Assembly: GCA_029856105.1 (NCBI GenBank)
Contig: JAHQWH010000096.1
Coordinates: 1 to 35,945, forward strand
DNA: 35,945 nucleotides
Source: Promethearchaeia archaeon
GTDB taxonomy: Archaea > Asgardarchaeota > Lokiarchaeia > Sigyniarchaeales > SOKP01
Direction of reading: 5' to 3'
The number at the start of each line of letters is the position of its first letter. Within the stretch, counting starts at the first letter, position 1. Both the position numbers and the translations under genes were made by a program. The notes below the pieces were generated by a model that was given only the letters and a program-made list of their open reading frames with translations, was not told the DNA's origin and ran no database searches. This document shows positions 19,492 to 28,550 of the stretch, one piece after another.

Positions 19492-20553
19492 ATGCGAGAA
19501 AATTCAGAACAGTCAGAATTAAGCTTAATTAATCGTATCCTATCTCATAAAGCTCTTATTTTTATTTTAGCTGGAATTCTTATTAGGGTTGTAATGTTAA
19601 TTTTTTATTATGTCATTCAAATTATAGAACCTGGGAGGAGTTGGGGTGATGTAGAAATCAATTACTACATTTTTGAGACATATCCTCCTCTCTCACAAAT
19701 ATTTCTATTTGTCTTCAAATTCTTGTCATTTGGGATACTCGAAATTTTCGCATTCTGGGCATTTTTCTTTGACATGCTAATCATGATTGTATTTTATTAT
19801 GTCTTAAAAAGCTTCGATATTCCTAAAAAGCTATACGCTTATGGTTTATTTTTTATTAATCCATTTCTCTTTTTAAATAATGTTTTTAGTTTATCTAATT
19901 GCGGTTATCATATAACGGACTCGTTTTTTTTCTTACTTTTCTTTATGGCATTGTATTATTTTCCTAAAACTAAAAAAATTCACAGATATTTATTCTATTC
20001 CTTCTTAGCACTCTCAATATGCGCAAAGTTATATACTCTACCAGTAATTGGACTTCTCTTTCTAAAATTGTTGTATGATAAGAATTGGGATGAATTAAAG
20101 ATATTTCTTATAACAACAGTTATAATTATGTTTATCTTTTTAATATCACCCGTTTTTTACTTGGAAGGTTATTTGGAATTCTACGCATTTTGGAATCAGA
20201 GGGGCGAGGGTTATTTACCACTCTATATTAGAATTATCCCTGCAGCTGTTTTAACCGTATCGTATTTGATAATTAGGTTTAGAAAAGCAGATTCATTTGA
20301 AATCGTCTTTATCTCAATATTCATTATGGCATCTTTTATATTTTTCAGTAATCCTTACATAAGATACTTTCAACCATTCATCTTTTTTGGAATATTAAAA
20401 CCTAAAGAATTCTTTGACTTAAATCTAAATTTACGATTTACTAAACTCAAGATAAAAATTGATAATAATTTACTCGTTTTTATCGTTTCAATAATTTGCG
20501 TCTTTTTGGCTATAATATTAATTATGTTCATATTAGACCCAACTTATTTCTAA
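19492..20553 (+). CDS. Polytopic membrane protein, probable GT-C fold glycosyltransferase (GT87/PIG-M-like)
   Basis: About 10 hydrophobic segments. Acidic GDVE plus YPPL in the first loop, FINPF, K in SICAKLY. Confidence 0.55.
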   Translation: MRENSEQSELSLINRILSHKALIFILAGILIRVVMLIFYYVIQIIEPGRSWGDVEINYYIFETYPPLSQIFLFVFKFLSFGILEIFAFWAFFFDMLIMIVFYYVLKSFDIPKKLYAYGLFFINPFLFLNNVFSLSNCGYHITDSFFFLLFFMALYYFPKTKKIHRYLFYSFLALSICAKLYTLPVIGLLFLKLLYDKNWDELKIFLITTVIIMFIFLISPVFYLEGYLEFYAFWNQRGEGYLPLYIRIIPAAVLTVSYLIIRFRKADSFEIVFISIFIMASFIFFSNPYIRYFQPFIFFGILKPKEFFDLNLNLRFTKLKIKIDNNLLVFIVSIICVFLAIILIMFILDPTYF

Positions 20554-20654
20554 TTTTTTTTAGAGTCTAATCTAAAACCCATAATCATAGAATAATTTGA
20601 TCTAAAGAATACCTTAGTTTTGCCAAATTTTAAATTATAATTTAAAACCTAAAT

Positions 20655-21890
20655 TCATTCTGATAATTGAATACTAGTAGGGATTATAGCCGCCTTTGGA
20701 GTATTTCCATGAAGTTTTTCTAAATCTTCGATTAAGTTTTTCCATTCATTAAACAATTGGACGGATTTTGGATAGAAATGATATAAATCTGGTTTACTAA
20801 TATTTGGAGAAAAGAAATATACATTTCTTCTCTTTACAAACGCTTTCCATAGAATTCCATTCCCGAAATTGTTATATAATTTAGCACCCGTCTCAGCAAT
20901 TAAACTATGAAAACCCTTGCCTTCGTACGAAGATGACATTATAACAATCGTGCCTTTTCTATCAAGAAATCTATTTGAAGCCGTCATTAAAATGTTAAAC
21001 GCTTTTATCGATTGGTTCAATTCAGAATCTTCTGGGTAAGAATTTAAGAAACAAATTTGATTTTCTAGGGTTATTTCTGTCGAATAAGATTCCTTTGCGG
21101 CTTCCATAGCTTTTCTATGTGCGTCTCGATAATGACCTGAATAGATATCAGTTATTTTGCCAATTTCATTCATTACTACATTGACTGAAAAATCTAAGCC
21201 AACATTATCAGCAATATCCTCAATATCTTCCCTTATTTCAGTCATTCTTCCGATTCCTGCTCCAATTCCTCGCATTCCTGCAGAATGATTTGCCTCGAGC
21301 GTGCGAATACCACATACTCCTGGCAACACTATTTTGGCACCGCCCCCAAAGCCAGCTAAAGGGTGGGGAATAACACCACCTACAGCAATTTTTAAATCTG
21401 CGTTGTAATAAGTTCTATTTACATCAATAGGCGTCCCTATCTTAGAATCTCCTAGATGTACAAGGTTCTCGTAAGGATGGTGATTTTCGATTTTAAACCT
21501 ACTTACAATTTCTTTTCCTAGTTTTAATAAGCAATCGTTTTTATTCATTGGTCTATGAGCACCAAGTGCAAATAAAATTGTGATTTGCTCTTCTGAGATA
21601 TCAGCTTTTTCTAGTTCTTCAAAAACAAACGGAAGAATTTTCGATGATGGCGTCGTTCTTGTCATATCGTCTACAACGATTACCACCCTTTTTCTCCCTT
21701 GGGCAATAACAGATAAGTTAGGAGTTCCTATTGGGTTTAGTATCCCTTTTCTAATATCTTCACTTGATAATTCTGGAGCGTCAGCATCTTTCATTCTACA
21801 GATGGAAGCCTCCCAAGAATCGGGGAATTCTAACTCTAAATAACGTGGGTCCCTCCAAGCTGCCCACGGAACTTTATATTGTTTAACCAT
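20655..21890 (-). CDS. LarA-family nickel-pincer-dependent racemase/epimerase
   Basis: VDDMTR, ALGAHR, PHPLAGFGGGAK, LPG, ANH. Confidence 0.9.
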   Translation of the reverse strand: MVKQYKVPWAAWRDPRYLELEFPDSWEASICRMKDADAPELSSEDIRKGILNPIGTPNLSVIAQGRKRVVIVVDDMTRTTPSSKILPFVFEELEKADISEEQITILFALGAHRPMNKNDCLLKLGKEIVSRFKIENHHPYENLVHLGDSKIGTPIDVNRTYYNADLKIAVGGVIPHPLAGFGGGAKIVLPGVCGIRTLEANHSAGMRGIGAGIGRMTEIREDIEDIADNVGLDFSVNVVMNEIGKITDIYSGHYRDAHRKAMEAAKESYSTEITLENQICFLNSYPEDSELNQSIKAFNILMTASNRFLDRKGTIVIMSSSYEGKGFHSLIAETGAKLYNNFGNGILWKAFVKRRNVYFFSPNISKPDLYHFYPKSVQLFNEWKNLIEDLEKLHGNTPKAAIIPTSIQLSE

Positions 21891-22029
21891 TCATATTCAC
21901 TACATTTGAAAGAATTACTTAATAATAATAATCGCTTTTATTCTTAATAAAACATCAATAATAACACTAAAAATCCAAGTGATTCTTTAATTTTTTATAC
22001 AATGAAAATTAAAAAATAAAAACAAGAAA

Positions 22030-22527
22030 ATGAACCAAAAAAATAAAGATAGAATTTCTAAAGACGAGTATTTCATGAAAATAGCGAAAGTCGTCTCAGA
22101 AAGAAGTACGTGCATAAAGCGTAAAGTTGGCGCGGTGTTAGTAAAGGATTCTCATATATTGTCGACAGGATATAATGGCGCTCCGTCTGGATTTAAACAT
22201 TGTACTACAGAAACATGCGTTCGAAAAAATCTAAAAAGCGGTGAAAGACCCGAACTATGCCGAGGAGTACATGCCGAAGCTAATTGTATAATACAAGCTG
22301 CTATACATGGTACTTCAATTAAGGGTAATACAACTCTTTATACTACGATTTTTCCTTGTATGACTTGCTTAAAATTAGTTATCAATGCTGGGATTAAAAA
22401 AATTGTGTATATAGAAGGTTATAATATGGAAAATGAAGTTAAGAAAGATTTGTTAAACGAATCAGGTTTAATAATTATTCCTTTAATGATAAAACAACAT
22501 TTGACTGACACTAAAACAACTTTCTAG
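22030..22527 (+). CDS. dCMP deaminase (ComEB family)
   Basis: RSTC-KRKVGAV, STGYNG, HAE and PCMTC zinc motifs. Confidence 0.93.
   Translation: MNQKNKDRISKDEYFMKIAKVVSERSTCIKRKVGAVLVKDSHILSTGYNGAPSGFKHCTTETCVRKNLKSGERPELCRGVHAEANCIIQAAIHGTSIKGNTTLYTTIFPCMTCLKLVINAGIKKIVYIEGYNMENEVKKDLLNESGLIIIPLMIKQHLTDTKTTF
22369..22486 (+). repeat. 118-bp direct repeat, copy 1 (3' part of the dCMP deaminase gene)
   Basis: TTAAAATTAGTTATCAATGCTGGG...ATTATTCCTTTAA, identical by eye to 24154-24271. Confidence 0.95.
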
Positions 22528-22563
22528 TGCAACTAACAATTTTTAAGTGCAACTAACAATTTT
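22526..22563 (+). repeat. Tandem repeat, 20-bp period (AGTGCAACTAACAATTTT x2)
   Basis: Copies at 22526-22543 and 22546-22563, with a degenerate partial unit just upstream. Confidence 0.85.
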
Positions 22564-22644
22564 AAGGAAAAAATGTTGATGAGTTTTTTAAATAAGTCTT
22601 GGAATGAATTTAAGAATATTTTGGAATGACAAATACTTTTTGGA

Positions 22645-23031
22645 ATGTCTTGGAATATAGGAATTTATATGATAGTTACATTAATGTTAATCCCGAATTT
22701 TTTTCTAATGATATGTATCTTTACTGCCACTGGTGGTTTGATGGTTTCTTACTTATTATACCAATCAAAACTTGTTCCACGATTCATTTCGATTATTGGT
22801 TTAATTGGGTATGGCTTGTTTTTAATCGCAACTCTCCTTGAATTGTTGGGTTACAGTAGTTTTAATGCTTTAAATTTTCCAGGAATGATATTTTATATTC
22901 CAGGGGGAATATTTGAAGTAATTCTACCAGTATGGCTGATTATAAAAGGTTTTAATAATGAGACTCTCATTTCTGCATCCGAAAAAATGGAAATAAGCTA
23001 TAAATTAGAGTATCTTAAATCTATTACCTAA
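22645..23031 (+). pseudogene. Membrane protein fragment, DUF4386-like C-terminal half
   Basis: YLLYQSKLVPRFISIIGLIGY and PGGIFEVILPVWLIIKGFN match my recollection of the DUF4386 C-terminus. 128 aa appears truncated. Confidence 0.6.
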
Positions 23032-23245
23032 TTTTTTTTATATTAAAAAAAAGTAAAAATTTAGTTATTTACCTTTCAAGAGCCCTCCATATTAATTTTG
23101 ATTATATTTTGAGAAGATATTTTTCGAAAAAGAATGACTGAAAATACTAATACCCATAAAAGATAATTCTTAGAACGTTTCATCATAATTCTCGATGAAG
23201 AAATTCAAAAACTTAAAGAGGTTCTAAACATTACAAACTTAAACT

Positions 23246-24010
23246 ATGGATTTTTGGAAATATTACGATGTTACGCACAAGGAGCATCTCGTGTGCAATC
23301 CTATGAGCATCGAAAAATTAAACGAGCTTATCACCCTCTTGGCGTTAAAATCAGGTTCAAAAGTGTTAGAAATCGCCACCGGTAAAGGAGAGTTTCTGAT
23401 TCGGCTCGTCGAAAAGTATAATGTATCCGCAATAGGCGTTGATATCTCGCCCTACCATCTCGGTGATGCTAAAAGAAAAGCGAAAGAGCGTGTCCCGAAT
23501 GCCGATTTAACACTAATTGAAATGGACGGTGCCAATTATAAGCCCGATACACCAGAGAGCTTTGACCTCACATGTTGTTTAGGTGCCAGTTGGATTTATA
23601 ACGGACATGAGGATACACTTAAGTATTTGATGAGCCAAACAAAGCGCAACGGACTCGTCGTTGTGGGAGAACCATTTTGGATCAGCAAGCCACCAAAAGA
23701 GTATTTCGATCTCTCGGAAATAAAATATGAGATGTTCAGCAAGCACGCTGGGAACGTGCAAATTGGGGAAAATCTCGGTCTAAAACTGCTATACACTTTC
23801 GTGAGCACCCATGATGAGTGGGATAGATATCTCGGGCTCCAGTGGTATGCAATAGACAAGTATGCTCAGGTATATCCAGAAGATCCCGACCTTCCCGAGT
23901 TTTTGGCCAAATTAAATAAAGAGAAAAAATTATATCTGAAATGGGAGCGGGAGGCATTAGGGTGGGCTATTTATGTGTTTAGAAAGACGTTGGAAAGACT
24001 GGATTGCTGA
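23246..24010 (+). CDS. Class I SAM-dependent methyltransferase
   Basis: VLEIATGKGE, GVDISP, FDLTCCLGASW, VVGEPFW, REALGWAIYVFRK. Confidence 0.9.
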   Translation: MDFWKYYDVTHKEHLVCNPMSIEKLNELITLLALKSGSKVLEIATGKGEFLIRLVEKYNVSAIGVDISPYHLGDAKRKAKERVPNADLTLIEMDGANYKPDTPESFDLTCCLGASWIYNGHEDTLKYLMSQTKRNGLVVVGEPFWISKPPKEYFDLSEIKYEMFSKHAGNVQIGENLGLKLLYTFVSTHDEWDRYLGLQWYAIDKYAQVYPEDPDLPEFLAKLNKEKKLYLKWEREALGWAIYVFRKTLERLDC

Positions 24011-24153
24011 GTTCTTTTGTGATTTGTTTGCATGTTGTATTCTAGGTCCCTCTTATGTTTGGTGTCATTATCATATTAGTTCAAAAATCTCTCAAAATAT
24101 ATATTCGCTACATGAAAGACATCCCTCTGACGATGCGAGAATGAAAATTTTCA
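23988..24153 (+). pseudogene. Internal fragment of an M48/gluzincin-like protein
   Basis: WKDWIAEFFCDLFACCILGPSY...HPSDDARM resembles the E-x2-[AC]-D...HP-x4-R signature. No HExxH. Truncated by the direct repeat. Confidence 0.45.
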
Positions 24154-24271
24154 TTAAAATTAGTTATCAATGCTGGGATTAAAAAAATTGTGTATATAGA
24201 AGGTTATAATATGGAAAATGAAGTTAAGAAAGATTTGTTAAACGAATCAGGTTTAATAATTATTCCTTTAA
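24154..24271 (+). repeat. 118-bp direct repeat, copy 2 (orphan 3' end of dCMP deaminase, ends ...IIPLNC*)
   Basis: Identical to 22369-22486, followed by a short in-frame stop (TAA 24277-24279). Confidence 0.95.
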
Positions 24272-24440
24272 ATTGTTAATTAAACTTTAAATCGCAATTT
24301 TTTCATCTTTATTTAGCAACTCTAAATGCAGCCTATATTTTTTTTTAATAAATTCTGAATAAATTTAAAGCATAATACGTAGAAATAATTTATACATAAT
24401 AATAGAGAATAAATAAATAACAGTTTGGAGAAAATAAAAA

Positions 24441-24740
24441 ATGTCAGACAAAAGAAAAAGAATGGAAGGTCAAGAAAACGCGGTCTTTGTTGGGCGTCGT
24501 CCTACGATGAATTACGTAATGGCAGTGATGATGGTCTTGAATAAAGGAGAAGATTGTACGGTAAAAGCTCGTGGCAAGGCGATTTCTCATGCCGTTGATA
24601 TCTGCGAGATTTTAAAAAATCGTTTCTTGAAGGGAGTTGAATATCAGGATATTAAAATTACCACGGAGGTACTTACGGGCGAGGAAGGTCGCCAAAATAA
24701 CGTAAGCTCTATGGAGATCGTTTTGTCCGCTCCTAAATAA
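24441..24740 (+). CDS. albA: DNA/RNA-binding protein Alba
   Basis: VFVGRRPTMNYV, VKARGKAISHAVD, NVSSMEIVL. Followed by T-tracts. Confidence 0.96.
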   Translation: MSDKRKRMEGQENAVFVGRRPTMNYVMAVMMVLNKGEDCTVKARGKAISHAVDICEILKNRFLKGVEYQDIKITTEVLTGEEGRQNNVSSMEIVLSAPK

Positions 24741-24851
24741 ATAGAACTCGAATTTTTTGAAATTTTTTTTTAAATATTTTTTAGTTGATTAGCTTGTTAT
24801 TCGACTTTTTTTAAAAAATAACAATTAAAATTAAAAAAAAAGTAAAATAAA

Positions 24852-25274
24852 ATGGAAAAATTATTTCCTATAAGCGTTAACCCGCAATTTTGCGTCCGAT
24901 GCCAAAAATGTATGTATTCTTGCCATCCAAAAGCTATTTTTTTTAAAGATTCCTTAAGGTATGTGGATTATAATAAATGCAAAGGGTGCCTTAAGTGCGT
25001 AGATGTGTGCGAACACAACGCAATTGAAGTAATATCGATGGAAGACGGGCAATTAATAGATTTTGAAATAGATAGCGAAAGATGTACGATTTGTAAAAAG
25101 TGCTTAGAAGAGGGTTTTTGTTTCCAAAACTTATATGTTCTAATTATAGACCCCGATTCGGATAAAAAACAGATTAGTTTTAATAAGAAAAATATGGATT
25201 TATGTCAGAATTGTTTAAAATGTTTCGTTAATTGTCCAAATAATGCGATAATTCCCATCATTTCTCAGAAATAA
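24852..25274 (+). CDS. Polyferredoxin-like protein (four 4Fe-4S motifs)
   Basis: CVRCQKCMYSC, CKGCLKCVDVC, CTICKKC-x5-C, CQNCLKCFVNCP. Confidence 0.9.
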   Translation: MEKLFPISVNPQFCVRCQKCMYSCHPKAIFFKDSLRYVDYNKCKGCLKCVDVCEHNAIEVISMEDGQLIDFEIDSERCTICKKCLEEGFCFQNLYVLIIDPDSDKKQISFNKKNMDLCQNCLKCFVNCPNNAIIPIISQK

Positions 25275-25371
25275 AAATTATTGTGGAATTCCAACTTATT
25301 TATAAGTTTTCGATTTTTTCTATTCATTAATATCTCAATTTAACTCAATAATTTTGTGTTTTATGGTTAGA

Positions 25372-26787
25372 ATGGAAAATCTAGTTGTAATGAAATTTGG
25401 AGGTTCTTGTTTAAAAGATGAAAAATCTTTTAGTCAAATACATTATATTGTTAAAAAATATAGAGAATTCTCTAAAATTATAATTGTAACATCTGCGTTA
25501 AAAGGAATAACCGATAAATTAATAGATTTTTATAAAAAATCTTGTAAAGAAGAACCTAAATGCGATTACATTATTGACGATATTTTTACTATCCACAAAA
25601 ATGTGATTAATCAAATTCTTATCAACGAAGAAAGCGAATTTAAAAAGGCTTTTGAATTTTTAAAAAAAGAAATTGGCGAATTAAAACAGATTGGAAGCGT
25701 AATTAAATTAATCCGGCCAAGTATGGAAATTCAGGATATAATTATTTCCTATGGAGAAAAACTTAGTACATTTATTTTGAGCCAATATTTAAAATCAAAA
25801 AACCATAAAGCAAAATATATCTCTTCTGATGAGATTCTCCTTACAGACGATAACTTTGGGAGAGCTCTTCCGTTATTAGAGGAATCTGAGATATTAGTCA
25901 CTGATAAAATAATCCCCTTGTTCCAATCTGAATTAATTGAAATAATCTGTGTAACTGGGTTTTATGGCTCTACGAAAGACAAAAAAATTACTACATTTGG
26001 GCGAGGGGGAAGCGATTTAACAGCAGCAATTTTAGCATACTGTCTTAGGAATAACTTTATCTTAAAAGTAATTTACTGGAAAAATGTTAAGGGTTTTTTA
26101 AACGCAGACCCAAGAATCGCTGAAAAAACAGCCCTCTTAAAAAGAATTTCTTACAAAGAGGCAAAAGAACTTGCGTTTTTTGGTTCAAAAGTTCTACATC
26201 CATTGTGCCTTGATGTTAACGAAAAAGGAAACATTCCCTCTGAAATCAAGTTTTTCAACGATCCTGATTCTGACGAATTTACAGCGATAACGAAAGAAAT
26301 CGTTAGAGACGAGAAAGTAATTAAAGCAATTACTTCAATATATAAACTCTCAATGGTGACCGTTGAAAGCGATACGATGGTTCCATTATCGGGGACTGCT
26401 TCTAAAATTTTTTCTCTTTTGGGAGATAATAACGTTAATATTGTGTTTATATCACAGAGTTCCTCAGAAAATAATATAACTTTTGGTATAGAATTTGAAG
26501 ATTCAATGAAAGTTAGTTTCTTATTAAGGAATTCAGATCTTTTTGGTAAAAAATGGTTTAAGATTAAAATTGATAACGATATTTCATTAGTTGCCGTCAT
26601 CGGCGCAGGAGTCCTCCACACACCTGGTATAGCTGGAAGGGTCTTTACTTCGCTAGGAGATGGCAATATAAATATTAAAGCAATTGCACAAGGGTCTTCT
26701 GAATTGAATTTTACCGCTATAATTGATAGAAAAAATTGCGATAAAGCAATTAATGTGCTGTATAATGAGTTTATTAATCAGAAGTAG
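25372..26787 (+). CDS. lysC: Aspartate kinase with two ACT domains
   Basis: VMKFGGS, SYGEKLS, TTFGRGGSD, ADPR, ELAFFGSKVLHP, ISQSSSE and IAQGSSE ACT motifs. ATG 25372 or 25363. Confidence 0.93.
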   Translation: MENLVVMKFGGSCLKDEKSFSQIHYIVKKYREFSKIIIVTSALKGITDKLIDFYKKSCKEEPKCDYIIDDIFTIHKNVINQILINEESEFKKAFEFLKKEIGELKQIGSVIKLIRPSMEIQDIIISYGEKLSTFILSQYLKSKNHKAKYISSDEILLTDDNFGRALPLLEESEILVTDKIIPLFQSELIEIICVTGFYGSTKDKKITTFGRGGSDLTAAILAYCLRNNFILKVIYWKNVKGFLNADPRIAEKTALLKRISYKEAKELAFFGSKVLHPLCLDVNEKGNIPSEIKFFNDPDSDEFTAITKEIVRDEKVIKAITSIYKLSMVTVESDTMVPLSGTASKIFSLLGDNNVNIVFISQSSSENNITFGIEFEDSMKVSFLLRNSDLFGKKWFKIKIDNDISLVAVIGAGVLHTPGIAGRVFTSLGDGNINIKAIAQGSSELNFTAIIDRKNCDKAINVLYNEFINQK

Positions 26788-26805
26788 AAAAAAGTAAGAA
26801 ATTGA

Positions 26806-28053
26806 TTAATTAATTCCAAAAAAATCTCGATGAAATTTACGTTCAGCCAGTTCTTTTCTGATTTTTTCTCTTTCTTCAGGGAGAATTCTATTTTTTAAGG
26901 CTTCGATGCCAATTTTTTTTCCTATGACTACTTTCGGATTGATTGACCAGTTTACATCTAATAATAAACATAAATAATAGACTGTCGATTGAATAAAAGC
27001 GATAAGATTGCCTATGTTATATTCGTCACAGCGTTCAATTGAGATTTTAGCTGACGGAACCCCTTGTTCTATTAGGGCTTGAAAAGTAGCGTCTGCTTGA
27101 TAATTTACTATGGTTTGGGCCGTTTGGTCGTTCACGTAATCTATTGAGGAATCTAAGTTAAAATCTGAGAATTCGTTTTTTATAGTCCACAATATCGGGA
27201 CTACAGCACCCTTAGTTCCACCTAATAGATATTCTAAAACTGAATGCTGACACAGTGGAGCAGATTGATAAGCACCCATTAGACCTTTCTCGTTCTTCCC
27301 AGTGCTTTCTGATGTTTCTTGCACGAATAATCCTACACTTCCTTCAAGATTCAGAGAATATGGCATAGAAAATACAGTCTTGTAACCTTTTTTGTACAAA
27401 TTATAAAGAAAAGCTGAAAAAAGGAATGCTGGGTTCTCGTCAAAACTCATAAATTCTTTATAAGCATCGTTTAACCCTTTTAAAAAATCTTCGATGTTAA
27501 CTCCTAACAGAAAAGCTGGGACAATTCCAACGTTAGAGATCGATCCCGCAAAACGACCTGAGATATCAGGAACCTCCAGAATGGGGCAACCTATTTTTTC
27601 TAATATTTGACGCATCGTACCCTTTGAAGAGAGCCCTAGAAATTTGTAATTGTTTTTTAAGAAAGTTCCTATAGTAGAGTTTACATCTAAAGTTTCGCCC
27701 CCTCTAGAGATAGGAATTACAACCGAATTTTCAGGATCTGTTGCGTCAAGGCATTGTTTTAATTCTACAGCCCTAGAACTTGTAATAGAATATAGATTCT
27801 TTTTAGATAAATGCCTTAAAGCAAGTAAAGTTTGAATTGAGCCTCCCGTCCCTAAAACTATAATGTTCTTTATTTTCTCACCCAGAAATTCTTTAGTCGT
27901 TTGGCGAATTGCTCCCATGTCGATATACGATTCAGTATCAATAAAAAATGGAGGATCCCAATGAGGTTTATTGGATTTAGAGATTGAAATTAGTTTTTCC
28001 ATTAAATTGGCGTTAATTTTTGGATAATATTCGAAATTTAAACCTAAACTCAT
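26806..28053 (-). CDS. pgi: Glucose-6-phosphate isomerase family (double SIS), divergent
   Basis: LGTGGS, SRGGETLD, SGRF, QETSESTGK, QHS, C-terminal GKK. Start at ATG 28053 is supported by SD-like GGTGA (28065-28061). Confidence 0.75.
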   Translation of the reverse strand: MSLGLNFEYYPKINANLMEKLISISKSNKPHWDPPFFIDTESYIDMGAIRQTTKEFLGEKIKNIIVLGTGGSIQTLLALRHLSKKNLYSITSSRAVELKQCLDATDPENSVVIPISRGGETLDVNSTIGTFLKNNYKFLGLSSKGTMRQILEKIGCPILEVPDISGRFAGSISNVGIVPAFLLGVNIEDFLKGLNDAYKEFMSFDENPAFLFSAFLYNLYKKGYKTVFSMPYSLNLEGSVGLFVQETSESTGKNEKGLMGAYQSAPLCQHSVLEYLLGGTKGAVVPILWTIKNEFSDFNLDSSIDYVNDQTAQTIVNYQADATFQALIEQGVPSAKISIERCDEYNIGNLIAFIQSTVYYLCLLLDVNWSINPKVVIGKKIGIEALKNRILPEEREKIRKELAERKFHRDFFGIN

Positions 28054-28190
28054 TTTTAATTCACCTATTAAAGTAGTATTTTTTTTTCTAAATATGACTT
28101 GTGACATATCCTATTTAAATAAACATTATTAGAAAAGGAATACTTTATATCATTAATGGTTTAAAATCATACTACGGGGTTACAGTTTCT

Positions 28191-28550
28191 ATGTCAGAAG
28201 AATATCTCTTTTTATTGGAAGATTTATATGGGTGTATCGATGGTATAAGATCTGCTGCGATCGTATCAATAGAAGGTTTAATTGTTCACTCGATTTTAGA
28301 AGAAGAGATTTCTGATTTAAATTTAGCTGCGATGACGGCAACAATTCTATCTGTTGCGGAGCGTGTATTGATAGAATTAAAATCTGGTAAGCTTGATCTC
28401 TGTATTTTACAAGGTGATATAGGTAATTTTGTAGTTATGGAGGCTGGGAGCGATTTGATTTTAGCAGTGTGTTTAGATATTGACGCTCGAATGGACACTT
28501 GCTTCGTTGAAATGAGAAAAACCTCTGAACAAATTAAAAGCCTGTATTAG
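28191..28550 (+). CDS. Roadblock/LC7 (MglB/LAMTOR-like) domain protein
   Basis: 119 aa. GIRSAAIVSIEGLIVHS, LAAMTATILSVAER, beta-meander ILQGDIGNFVVMEAG, C-terminal helix. Confidence 0.9.
   Translation: MSEEYLFLLEDLYGCIDGIRSAAIVSIEGLIVHSILEEEISDLNLAAMTATILSVAERVLIELKSGKLDLCILQGDIGNFVVMEAGSDLILAVCLDIDARMDTCFVEMRKTSEQIKSLY

Larger units (their letters stand above)
22487..24153. mobile_element. Decayed islet/insertion remnant bounded by the 118-bp direct repeats
   Basis: Lies between the duplicated gene ends. Contains gene fragments and a visibly GC-richer methyltransferase. No integrase is present. Confidence 0.55.

Noticed and set aside
22526-22660. Short repeats considered as a mini-CRISPR array
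   Set aside because: Units are directly adjacent with no unique spacers, and no cas genes are present.
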